Assembly (NCBI GenBank): GCA_963772725.1
Contig: CAVYYI010000001.1
Location: 384,001 to 448,000, forward strand
DNA: 64,000 nt
Direction of reading: 5' to 3'
DNA from: an uncultured Phycisphaerales bacterium
GTDB taxonomy: Bacteria; Planctomycetota; Phycisphaerae; Sedimentisphaerales; Anaerobacaceae
In this document: in pieces, positions 33,031-46,130 of the stretch
Layout: the number at the start of each line of letters is the position of its first letter
Position numbering within the stretch: position 1 is the stretch's first letter
Translations under genes and position numbers: made by a program
The notes under the pieces: model-generated
Seen by the model: only the letters and a program-made list of their open reading frames with translations
Told to the model about the DNA's origin: nothing
Databases searched by the model: none

Positions 33031-35586
33031 ATGAAGGAATCTGGAGATTTGCTCGAGCGGTTTGAGAATATGCGGATTCTTGACGAACTCAAGAATTCGT
33101 ACCTCAACTACGCGATGAGCGTTATCGTTTCGCGTGCCTTGCCGGACGTCCGCGACGGCCTAAAGCCCTCGCAGCGGCGCATCCTGGTCGCGATGAACGA
33201 CTTGAACCTCGGCCCGCGCAGCAAGCATAGAAAGTGCGCAAAGATCGTCGGCGATACCGGCGGCAATTACCATCCGCACGGCGACCAGGCCACCTACGGC
33301 ACACTGGTGCGAATGGGGCAGGATTGGAACATGCGGTACACGCTGGTCGATCCGCAGGGTAATTTCGGCAGTATCGACGCCGACCCGCCTGCCGCGATGC
33401 GTTATACCGAAGCGCGCATGACCGCGCCCGCGATGGAAATGCTCGAAGACCTTGAATCGCGATACCGTCGATTTTGTTCCCAACTACGATGAGACACGGA
33501 AAGAGCCGACGGTTTTGCCCGGCGAAATTTCCGAATCTGATTGTCAACGGCGCAACCGGCATCGCGGTCGGCATGGCCACCAATATGCCGCCGCACAACG
33601 TCGCGGAAGTATGCGATGCGCTGATACTTGTCATAGATGAGCCCAACTGCGGCTTCAAGGATATTTTGAAAGTTCTGCCCGGCCCCGATTTCCCCACCGG
33701 CGGCATCATCTGCGGCCGCAAGGGCATTGTCGATGCCTACACCACCGGCAAGGGCCATCTTACCGTTCGCGGCAGAGCTGAGATCGAGACCAGCAAAAAG
33801 GGCAAGGAAAGCATCATCATTACGGAAATTCCGTATCAGGTCGTCAAGACCACGATCGTCTCCAAGATCGCCGAATGCGTGCACGAACGATACCCTGCCG
33901 GAAGTGTCCGATGTGCGCGATGAATCCGACCGCAAGGGGCTGCGGATCGTCGTCGAGCTTAAAAAAGACGCCGATGCGCCAGATGGTCTTAAATAAGCTT
34001 TTCAGCTTACGCCGCTTCAGACGACGTTCGGCGTTATCAATATCGCCCTTGTGAATAACCGGCCTGAAACGCTCAATATCAAGCAGATGCTTCAGGCATT
34101 TCATCGACCACCGCAAAGTGGTGATTCGCCGACGCAGCAAGTTCCTGCTTGAAAAAATGCCGCAACCGGCGCACATATCCTCGAAGGTCTGATTCTTGCG
34201 GTCAGCGATATCGACGACATTATCGAATCTGATCAAAAAATCGCCCGATGCGCCGACGGCCAAAAAGAATCTGATGGAAAAGCCGCTTCGCCTTGTCGAG
34301 GCCGCCACGCTCAAAAAGATTCTGCCCGAGGCGTTCATCAAGCAAAAAGCAAAACCGACCAGTTCCTCACCGGCCCGCAGGCCGACGCGATTTTGACGAT
34401 GCAGCTCCAGCGGCTCACCGGCCTTGAAATCGAAAAGCTCGCAAAAGAATATGCCGAGCTGATCAGTGAGATCGCCGATTACGAGGCAATTTTGGCCGAC
34501 GAAAGCGTGCTCATGGATATTATCCGCGAGGATATTCACGAGATAAAGGAAAAATACGGCGACAAGCGGCGCACAGAAATCTCCGGTGCCATCGAGGAAT
34601 TCAACATTGAGGATCTGATCGCCGACGAAGAGGTCATTGTTACCGATAAGCCACAGCGGCTACATCAAGCGGATGGCCATCGACTCCTACCGCAAGCAGG
34701 GCAGCGGCGGCAAGGGCATCATCGGCTCGGATACCAAGGAAGGCGATTTCCTCGAACATCTGTTTGTCGCCTCGACGCACGATTACCTGCTGGTCTTCAC
34801 CAATCGCGGCAAATGCTACTGGCTCAAGGTCTATGACATTCCCAAGCCTGACCCGCCAGAGCAAAGGCAGAAATATCGTCAATCTGCTCAATCTCGGCGA
34901 CCAGAAGATCGCTTCCATTATAAGCGTAAGCAATTTCGCAGCGAAGAAGAAAAAAATTCGAAGAATCCGCGCAGCTTATCATGGCCACCAGGAACGGCAT
35001 TATCAAAAAGACCGTGCTCTCCGCCTACGGCAATCCGCGGACCTCCGGCGTCCATCGCGATCAAGCTCGACCCCAACGATGCCGTTATCGGCGTTGCTCT
35101 CACAAGCGGCAAGGATGAGATCATTCTCGGCACACGCGACGGCATGGCGATCCGCTTCAACGAAGAGCAGGCTCGCTCAATGGGCCGGCGTCGCAAGGGG
35201 CGTCAAAGGCATCAACTCCGCGACAATGACACTGTCGTTGTCGTCGTGATCGTTGAAGAAAAAGCATCCCTGCTGACCGTCTGCGAAAACGGCTACGGCA
35301 AACGCACAGGATCTCGACGATTATCGCTCGCAGAATCGCGGCGGCATCGGCCTTATTAATATTAAAACCTCCGACCGAAACGGCAATGGTCGTCGCCCTA
35401 AAGTCCGTTCAGCAGAGCGATGAATTCATGATGATTACCGCCAAGGGCATCATCATCCGCACCGGCATCGAGGAGATTCGCGCCATCGGCAGAAATACGC
35501 AGGGCGTTCGACTGATCAAACTCGACCCCGGCGATAAACTCGTTGCCGCTGAAAAAATTGTTCCTGAAGAACCGGATACCGTTTAG
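33031..35586 (+). CDS. gyrA: DNA gyrase subunit A; multiple frameshifts, probably sequencing indels
   Basis: [43 protein letters not shown], GyrA-box-like QGSGGKG, C-terminal pinwheel repeats GRNTQGV. Confidence 0.95.
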
Positions 35587-35595
35587 CGTTTTTCT

Positions 35596-36588
35596 ATGGC
35601 TGATACTAAAGCAAAAGCTAACATACAAAAATCGGTCTATGTAATTGCCGGCGAAGACCCGGCGATGCTCAGCATCGAATGCGAAAAACTTCTCGCGCAA
35701 TTCATCGACCATTCTGACAGGCAACTCGGCCTTTTCAATGTTGACACAAAACTGGCCCAGCCCGCTGAGGTCTTCGATGAGTTGCGCACGCTCCCGTTTC
35801 TCACTGCCAAGCGTGTCGTTCTTATCAAGGACGCCGAGGATTTTATCAGCGATAATCGCCAGTTATTCGAGGGATACTTCGACAACCCCTCGCCTACAGG
35901 CATACTTATAATTATGGTCAAAACCTGGGACTCTCGCACCAGGCTTGCCAAAAAACTGCCCGAAATCGGCGAACTCATAACAGTTACCCAGCCCAAACCC
36001 TGGCAGTTGTCCGAATACCTCGTCCGTTACGCCGCCGACAGGCACAAAAAAACGCTCACACGGCCCGCCGCCCAGTTACTCATCGAACTTGCCGGCGATA
36101 ACCTCCCTCAATTGTATGGCGAAATCGACAAATTAGTCCTCTATATCGATACCGAAAAAATCATTACACCCAAACACGTTGAATCGCTCATCGGACACAA
36201 CCGGGTTTTCAATTGTTTCAATGTTATCGATGCCATTGTCGCTGGAAACGCCGCACAGGCCGTAACCCGCCTGCGAAATATGTTCGCCGAAGACCGCTCC
36301 GCAGAGTATACTTTTGTTGGCGCTTTCGCTTACCATTTCAGACGAATGTTTAACGCTAAAACTATGCTCGAAAGGGGCCTGACTCCCGCCGCCGTCGCTC
36401 CGAAGATTCAGCTTTGGTACAACAAGGATGCTTTCTTCGCCCAGCTTGAAAAGCTTACTCTTGCTCAGATAGGCTCCATTATCCAGCTTTTGGCGCAGCT
36501 CGATTACGAAATAAAGACCGGCCAAGCAAGACCCCAAATCGCCGCAGAGCAGCTCGTCTTAAAACTTGCTTCCTCCAGAAACTCCTAA
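35596..36588 (+). CDS. holA: DNA polymerase III delta subunit
   Basis: VYVIAGED, ELRTLPFLTAKRVV, EIDKL, LDYEIKTG. Confidence 0.88.
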   Translation: MADTKAKANIQKSVYVIAGEDPAMLSIECEKLLAQFIDHSDRQLGLFNVDTKLAQPAEVFDELRTLPFLTAKRVVLIKDAEDFISDNRQLFEGYFDNPSPTGILIIMVKTWDSRTRLAKKLPEIGELITVTQPKPWQLSEYLVRYAADRHKKTLTRPAAQLLIELAGDNLPQLYGEIDKLVLYIDTEKIITPKHVESLIGHNRVFNCFNVIDAIVAGNAAQAVTRLRNMFAEDRSAEYTFVGAFAYHFRRMFNAKTMLERGLTPAAVAPKIQLWYNKDAFFAQLEKLTLAQIGSIIQLLAQLDYEIKTGQARPQIAAEQLVLKLASSRNS

Positions 36589-36604
36589 ATAAAGAAAGAG
36601 TTAG

Positions 36605-37426
36605 ATGCAAAAGCAAAATATCGACATTATCTATCAGGATTCTGATATCCTCGTCGTAAATAAGCCTGCCGGTGTTTCCGTTACCAAAGACCGCTCGGGC
36701 CTGCCGCAATTGAGAGACCTCTTGGCATCCCAGCCCGGCACAGACGCTGGCCGGCTGCTCCTGATACACCGCATCGACAAGGAAACTTCCGGCGTGATGG
36801 TCCTGGCTAAAAATAAAGACGCTCAAAGCCGCTTTTCCGGCTATTTCGCTAAAAGGCTCGTCAAAAAAACGTATCTTGCAATCGTAACGGGTTTTATCCC
36901 CGCGCCGCAGGGTACTATCAATGCGCCCGTGACCCGCAGCACACGCAATCCGGAACTGATGTGTATTGCGAAGAAAAACGGCAAATCCGCTGTTACCGAC
37001 TGGAAACTCCTCGCTGATTTTGGCCAATTCGCCTTATTAGCTGTGATGCCCCAGACAGGTCGAACGCATCAAATTCGTGTCCATCTCCCATCGATAGGCT
37101 TGCCGCTTGCCATTGACCCGCTTTATGGCAGCACTGCACCGCTTTTTCTTTCCACATTCAAAAAATCCGCTTATCAGCTTGGCGAACATCAGACTGAAAA
37201 ACCGCTCATCGAGCGGCTTACCCTGCACGCCTATCAGCTTGAGTTTTTGATGGATGAACCGAATCGGCCAAATTGCTTTATCGCCGCTCTGGATAAAAAA
37301 TTCGCCGCCGCTTTAAAAATGCTCACAAAACATAATCCCAACGGCCCAAACGCCTTAACTAATCCAGCCATTCTCCTCGCCATCCTGAACGCCCAGAAAA
37401 TTAATCCGAGCCCTGCAGGTAACTAA
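36605..37426 (+). CDS. RluA-family pseudouridine synthase
   Basis: NKPAG, HRIDKETSG, TGRTHQIRVH, DPLYG, LHA. Confidence 0.92.
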   Translation: MQKQNIDIIYQDSDILVVNKPAGVSVTKDRSGLPQLRDLLASQPGTDAGRLLLIHRIDKETSGVMVLAKNKDAQSRFSGYFAKRLVKKTYLAIVTGFIPAPQGTINAPVTRSTRNPELMCIAKKNGKSAVTDWKLLADFGQFALLAVMPQTGRTHQIRVHLPSIGLPLAIDPLYGSTAPLFLSTFKKSAYQLGEHQTEKPLIERLTLHAYQLEFLMDEPNRPNCFIAALDKKFAAALKMLTKHNPNGPNALTNPAILLAILNAQKINPSPAGN

Positions 37427-37700
37427 GGGGGTGAAAAATTCCTCCCACTAATACGTAAAGGTGTCTTGAGCAAAGTGCACCAATTTTTGCTGATTTTTAT
37501 TCCAAAATTGGTACTTTTTCTCTTGCTTTTTCTCAAAAAAGGCATATAATTGACTCTACTTTAGCGAACAAAATAAAATATAAGAGATGCAGAGGATGGA
37601 GATAGATGTCAATCCTTTAAAATGGTTTATATCGTATTTCAGTATTTCTGTACAATCGCTGCGCTCAAATATAAACATTTTTTATTTGAGGAAGTATTTT

Positions 37701-39407
37701 ATGAAAAGGTTACTGCTGGTTTTCAGTTTGGCATCAGTTCTGACGTCAGTCATACCCTTTACATTCAATACTGTTAATGCCGCTTCTCTTATAGCATGGG
37801 GTGATAATTCTTATGGGCAATGCAATGTCCCTGCAGGGAATGATTTTGTAAAAATTGCATGTGGCGGCTATCATACTGTTGCTCTAAAAAGTGATGGCTC
37901 ACTTGCAGCTTGCGGTTTGAATGAAGACGGTCAGTGCGATGTGCCGCAAAGTTATGACTTTAGTAACATTGCCGCTGGTGGTTATCATAGTTTAGCTCTT
38001 ACAACTGATGGCTCACTGACAGGTTGGGGAGACTGTTACGACCTCCGGTGGTCTGAAGGCAAGATGCTAATGCTTAAAATAGCTGATGCGATTTACGCCT
38101 ATGCCGTGGCAAATCCTAATGGTCCTCTTCCGACTTCTATATTTGGCCAGTACCCTCCTGCTTTGGGATTTTATCCCGGATATCTCGATAGGACATATTT
38201 TACTGGTCAATGTTTTTCGATGAACGTAACTGACTTAGACCCTTTGGTTTACACAATTACTTGTGTTGCTGCTAATAGCATACGGGTGGAAAGACCAGAC
38301 AGTCCGCAAATGGTTATATTAGACCAAAATGATATTTTCACACCAATTTTTGGGCCACCAGGTACATCAGCAGTTCCTGCCGGTAACAATTTTATCGACA
38401 TTGCTTGCGGAAAATGGCATAGTGCGGCAGTTAAGTCTGATGGTTCACTTATAGCTTGGAAAGACAATAGTCATTATCAGCTTGAAGTACCAGAGGTAAA
38501 TAACTTTACTGGTGTTTCGGCGGGTCAGTGGCACAGTTTAGCTATCAACAACAACGGTTCTCTGACAGCTTGGGGTAAAGGTTTAAATTTTGCTGCTGAA
38601 TGGTCGGAAGGCCAAGACTTTATGCTCAAAATTGCTGATGCGATTCGTGCTTATGCAGATGAAGACCCTTATCGAACTCCTCCGTATAATATTTTGGGAG
38701 ATGGAGATGGGTGTTTAGGTTTCGAACCAGGAGATTTGACTGGAAAATATTTTGTAGATTCTGATTTTGCAATAACCATGGTAAGCTTTCTACCACTTGC
38801 ATATACCGTTACAGCTATCTCATCTACTTTGGAGCCCACTTGTTATACATTGAATCAACTTGGATGTTGGAACACTTGCGGGAGTTGGGATGGTTTTTAT
38901 ATCGGTAGTGGCCAGTGCATTGTCCCCGAAGGAAACGACTTTATAGCCGTTGCTGGTGGCGGTTGGCACAGTCTCGCTCTTAAGGCTGATGGTTCACTTG
39001 TAGGATGGGGGGACAATAATTACGGTCAATGTGATGTGCCGGAAGGAAATGATTTTGTTGCCATTGCTTGTGGTCTGAATCATAATCTTGCACTAAAATC
39101 AAATGGTTCGATTATAGCATGGGGCGACAATAGTAAAGGCCAGTGCAATTTACCATCAGGCAATAACTTCGTAGCAATTGCTGCAGGTGATTATCACAGC
39201 CTAGCCCTTTTTAATCCTGAACCGGGGGACTTTAATGCTGATTTATGTGTGGACTTAAAAGATTTTGCTGTTTTGGCAACGGCATGGCAAAGCAGTATGG
39301 ACGATGAAAATTGGAACAACGTTTGTAATCTGGCTGACCCAAATAATATTATCGACTGGCAAGACCTTGCTGTCCTCGCAGGTCATTGGCTCTCAGGATG
39401 TGATTAA
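37701..39407 (+). CDS. Secreted RCC1/BLIP-II-repeat protein with two inserted pilin-head-like domains and a C-terminal dockerin-like domain
   Basis: GAGG RBS, then MKRLLLV signal peptide; repeats of IAxGxxHSLALKxDGSLxxWGxNxxGQ; C-terminal GDFNADLCVDLKDFAVLATAW...IDWQDLAVLAGHWL. Confidence 0.85.
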   Translation: MKRLLLVFSLASVLTSVIPFTFNTVNAASLIAWGDNSYGQCNVPAGNDFVKIACGGYHTVALKSDGSLAACGLNEDGQCDVPQSYDFSNIAAGGYHSLALTTDGSLTGWGDCYDLRWSEGKMLMLKIADAIYAYAVANPNGPLPTSIFGQYPPALGFYPGYLDRTYFTGQCFSMNVTDLDPLVYTITCVAANSIRVERPDSPQMVILDQNDIFTPIFGPPGTSAVPAGNNFIDIACGKWHSAAVKSDGSLIAWKDNSHYQLEVPEVNNFTGVSAGQWHSLAINNNGSLTAWGKGLNFAAEWSEGQDFMLKIADAIRAYADEDPYRTPPYNILGDGDGCLGFEPGDLTGKYFVDSDFAITMVSFLPLAYTVTAISSTLEPTCYTLNQLGCWNTCGSWDGFYIGSGQCIVPEGNDFIAVAGGGWHSLALKADGSLVGWGDNNYGQCDVPEGNDFVAIACGLNHNLALKSNGSIIAWGDNSKGQCNLPSGNNFVAIAAGDYHSLALFNPEPGDFNADLCVDLKDFAVLATAWQSSMDDENWNNVCNLADPNNIIDWQDLAVLAGHWLSGCD

Positions 39408-39524
39408 AAGTTTAAATGTTTTTTGGTTTTTGACTACAATCTTAACTCATCTGAAAAAAGATGAATTCAATCTGCCTTCGGTTGACATATGCATTGACGG
39501 CATCAGAAATTCTGCGGTTAATTA

Positions 39525-39953
39525 TTCGTGTCCCTTGTATCTTTTCGTAGCTGATTTACCTTGTGTCTTGGGTCTTGCGTCCTGTGTTTTGCAGATTTTT
39601 CCGATTTTATCGTTTATCGAGCGACGAAAAACGGACGACGAGCAACGAGTAATGAGCGACGAAAACCTTTGGGACAATAAAAAGTATCAATCAAACTGTT
39701 AGAATTTTTAAAAGGCAACCACGAAGACACAAAGAAAAAAAGAGAAAGACATATCGTGAATCCGACAGGGGGGCTATAATTCCCAGTTTTCGATATAATA
39801 ATAATTTCAGTTAATAAGAACCGATAGCAAAGTTTATGGATTCCCGCTTTCGCGGGAATGACAGCAAGCGGCAATCGGCTTTTATTAGCTTGATTTGATA
39901 TAAGTCTTTATATTACAATAACCTTTGCGTTTTAAGCGGTCTCGGCGGTGAAA
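39525..39953. repeat. Intergenic mosaic of short repeats (9-mer runs, 7-mer runs, REP palindrome)
   Basis: TTCGTGTCCCTTGTATCTTTTCGTAGCT; TGTCTTG-like x4 (39564-39591); CGAGCGA-like x7 (39618-39666); AACCACGAAGACACAAAG (39717); TGGATTCCCGCTTTCGCGGGAATGACA (39837-39863); CTTTGCGTTTTAAGCGGTCTCGGCGGTG. Confidence 0.7.
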
Positions 39954-40130
39954 AATGCGGATTAATGATTTTAATGTTTTTTCGCTTCATCGGCACTTTA
40001 TTATTGAAATTTATATTCAAATGCTGTAAAAACAAACTGAATTTTTGTTTAGCGATGCAGTTTATCGTTCCCTGAAGATGCTGTAATTTGTTGAAATCTA
40101 AGAAGTTGCGTAAATTTTACAGGTTTTGTT

Positions 40131-40890
40131 ATGGTATTTAAACGCGGCAGAATGGCTCTATACGAGGCCGTCAGCAAGGCTCGTCTCAAATCGACTCCGG
40201 TCAAGACCGTAGAGCCGATACGCCCTGAAAAACCAGGGGAAAAACCCGCTATCGCCGATACTTTCTTATCAAAAACCACAAGCGAAATGGTCAAGTGGTT
40301 TAAAAAACCGAATTTTGTGCAGGTAAACGCTGGCAGAGTTGAAATTTCACTGCCCTGGCAGGCCGCGGTAGCTGTTGTGCTTGTTTTGATTTTATTGCTA
40401 TCGGTTGTTTTTCGCCTTGGTCAGCATTCAGGGTTTGCTACTGCCGGACAGCCTGCTAACGAGGTAACACATTCACCGGCGCCAGTTGCGCCATCGGCGG
40501 TATATAACCGAACACCGGCGGTTGTAAGGCCTGAAATTGCTGAGCCGGCTCCAAGGCCTATGCCAACTGCTGCAAGGGAAACTCCTGTTGTGACATCCAA
40601 AGGGGCTAACCGAATTGTAATAGCCTCATCAGCGAGGCAGGCAGATTTGGAAACCGCGAAAAGTTTTTTCGCGGCGGAAGGTATAGCGACAGAGGTTAGA
40701 AATTTCGGAAGTGTATATAGCCTGGTAACTTCGGGAAAGTATGAGAATCCCGCGGCGCACAGGTACGGATGGATTTGACATGAGAAGCAGGATTGTCGAA
40801 TTAGGTCAGAAATACGCGGCTAAAAACGGCACAACGAGTTTTGGGCCGAAGCCGTTTCACGATGCTTATGGTAAGAAGTTTGATGATTAG
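40131..40890 (+). CDS. Hypothetical single-TM protein with Pro-rich linker; frameshift near 40755
   Basis: ORF 40131..40778 continues in another frame (GTDGFDMRSRIVELGQKY...PFHDAYGKKFDD*) to TAG 40890. Confidence 0.6.
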
Positions 40891-40917
40891 TTTTATTTTT
40901 ATTAGGAGAATTTTTTA

Positions 40918-41259
40918 ATGTCTATTGACCCTTCTTTAAAAGTTAAGAATGCCCTGACGAGGCACCGGAACGTTTTAACCCGTGACGAGCGTATCGCCAA
41001 GTTGAAAGACGAAGAAAAGTGGACCGAGCAGGATTCTGTATTTGGTTTGCTGAAAGTCGCTCATCGCAAGAGCCACGCTGGCAAGAAAGAAAAGGTCGAA
41101 GGCGAAGGTGAAGCCGCTGCCGCGACCACGGAAGCCGGAGCAGCCGCTCCTGCCGCCGCGACTGGTAAAGCCGCACCTGCCGCAAAGGCAGCAGCACCAA
41201 AAGCTGCACCGGGCAAAGCTGAGAAAGCTGAAAAGCCGGGAAAGGAAAAGAAAAAATAA
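40918..41259 (+). CDS. PVC-superphylum signature small basic protein with Ala/Lys-rich tail
   Basis: MSIDPSLK...RHRNVLTRDERIAKL..W....SVFGLLKV; AGGAG RBS. Confidence 0.85.
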   Translation: MSIDPSLKVKNALTRHRNVLTRDERIAKLKDEEKWTEQDSVFGLLKVAHRKSHAGKKEKVEGEGEAAAATTEAGAAAPAAATGKAAPAAKAAAPKAAPGKAEKAEKPGKEKKK

Positions 41260-41295
41260 CAACCGCTAATATTTAGCGCATAAGGCATTTAAGAT

Positions 41296-41339
41296 TATGC
41301 CGTATTTCGGTTATGAACAGAAATGCGGCATATTTTTTT
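41296..41339 (+). terminator. Rho-independent terminator
   Basis: TATGCCGTATTTC...GAAATGCGGCATA stem followed by a T-run. Confidence 0.65.
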
Positions 41340-41366
41340 GACTTTTACGGTGAATAAAAAGTGTTT

Positions 41367-41426
41367 CCACCAAGACGTAAAGGCGCAAAGAAATTTTAAT
41401 CACAGATTAAACACAGAATTGCACAA
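41367..41426. repeat. Short 8-10-mer repeat relics abutting the tRNA 3' end
   Basis: CCACCAAGACGTAAAGGCGCAAAG and AATCACAGATTAAACACAGAATTGCACA. Confidence 0.5.
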
Positions 41427-41499
41427 CTCCCCGAGTAGGGCTCGAACCTACGACCTAGCGGTTAACAGCCGCCCGCTCTACCAATTGAGCTATCGGGGA
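41427..41499 (-). tRNA. tRNA-Asn(GTT), CCA not encoded
   Basis: TCCCCGATAGCTCAATTGGTAGAGCGGGCGGCTGTTAACCGCTAGGTCGTAGGTTCGAGCCCTACTCGGGGAG cloverleaf; TTGACA..GATAAT promoter at 41524-41551. Confidence 0.96.
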
Positions 41500-41655
41500 A
41501 TATTCAAAAGCTCAAAAACCACCATTATCCAAATTTCGGCCATTTTGTCAACTGTTTTGACAACAAATTTTTGCTTTATCTTGTATTAGGGCAGGAACTG
41601 TTAAAGGGCATAATCAGTAGGATAATTGAAGTTTTGTTTAAGCAGTGCCGTTTGA

Positions 41656-44801
<3,146 letters not shown>

Positions 44802-44920
44802 TACATATTGAAATGAAGTGTGGATTTTCTGTTTTAATAGTAAAATATAGTCTTGCCATTTTTCGAACCTGTTACTAAAATGTCATTGTCAGGCTTTCTT
44901 GTTAGATTTATTATAAAATT

Positions 44921-45290
44921 ATGAACAAAACCGGTATTACGCGTCGCAGATTTCTCACAAATACAGGGTTAGCTCTCGCAAGTTTCGCAATTATGCCACG
45001 TAACGTTCTTGGAGGTAAAGGTTATACCCCCCCAAGCGAAAAACTGAATATCGCCGGCATAGGTATAGGAGGTACGGGCAAGGGTAATCTTAAAAAACTT
45101 GCCGATGAGAATAATATAGTTGCGCTTTGTGATGTTGACCATGAATATGCCGGTAAAATTTTTGCTGAATACCCCGGGGCTAAAAAGTACATCGATTTCC
45201 GCAAAATGTTCGAAAAGCAAAAAGATATTGATGCTGTTGTTGTCGCCACACCTGACCATACTCATGCCGTCATTACAATGACGGCTATTG
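44921..45290 (+). pseudogene. Truncated Tat-exported Gfo/Idh/MocA oxidoreductase (N-terminal Rossmann part only)
   Basis: RRRFL Tat motif, LNIAGIGIGG, VALCDVD, VATPDHTHA; the expected KHVYCEKP is replaced by antisense ISAs1 sequence. Confidence 0.85.
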
Positions 45291-46035
45291 GCAATAGCAT
45301 CGTCCATAAACAATTTGACCTCTTCGTGCAATGTGCCATGATTACCTTTTAAACTGAAAACATAGTCCCCGTTGCCGTCGATTATTTTTTCAGCTATCTT
45401 CTTCTGACAACCCATTGCATCTATAGTTACCACAGAACCATCTAAAACCAGCATTTCAAGCAATTTTGGGATAGCGGTGATTTCATTGCTCTTGCCGTCC
45501 GTAACGACCTGGCCAAAGACCATTTTATTCTCGCAAGCCCATGCACTAACCATGTGAATCGCCGCCTTGCGGTTGGCTGTATCAAACGATCTTCGCAGAG
45601 TTTTGCCGTCAATCGCTATTATTTTTTCACCCGTGTTTTTAGCAAGAGCCTGTATCCATCTCTGAAAACGCTGCTCAAAATCATCCGGCTTTATCGAAGA
45701 AACCACACGTGCAAAAGTGTCATGGGATGGTATGCCGTTGGGCAATTCCAAAAAACTCTCCAGCCACTGCTGTTTGCATTGGCCAAACAATTCAATTTCA
45801 TTCCATCCTTCCGCTCCACAGATGACCGCACAAATTGTGATAGCCAAAATATCTTCCAATTTGTGCAATTTTGTTCGCTCAACCCGGGGATCAGGCAGGT
45901 CTGAAAAATAATCCAGCAGTGTTTTGTCCATTCTAAACTCCTGTATAGCAATAATATAAGTTTCCATACAAAAGTTATCGGGCTATCCCAAGAACTAACC
46001 TGAATTAACAATAAAATTTAGATGCGTTTGCCCTG
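45291..46035 (-). mobile_element. ISAs1-family element, 3'-truncated
   Basis: LPDPRVER..HKLEDIL, GIPSHDTFARV, IAIDGKTLRRS, KSNEITAIPKLL, TIDAMGCQKKIA, LKGN; left end CAGGGCAAACGCATC at 46035-46021; no right end. Confidence 0.9.
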
Positions 46036-46130
46036 AAAATGAAGCTGAAAATCTTGATTTTTTAAGATAGGTTTGGTATTCTATTGGAAATGAGGCTCAG
46101 TGGTGTAGCTGAGCAAGAATATGCAATGTT

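Noticed and set aside
37587..37700. Longer N-terminus for the RCC1 protein
   Set aside because: The RBS and signal peptide begin at ATG 37701.
37701..39407. Duplicated inserts as a DGR template/variable repeat pair
   Set aside because: The copies differ at all base types and by indels, not only at adenines, and no reverse transcriptase is present.
39265..39874. ORFs 39265..39702 and 39614..39874
   Set aside because: They overlap a real gene end and merely translate intergenic repeats (e.g. VIPAKAGI).
41427..41499. tRNA-anchored prophage or integrative island
   Set aside because: No integrase, phage genes or duplicated tRNA 3' end; flanks are housekeeping genes.
44969..45290. C-terminal third of the 332-aa ISAs1 ORF as real transposase
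   Set aside because: It is the antisense reading of the truncated oxidoreductase.
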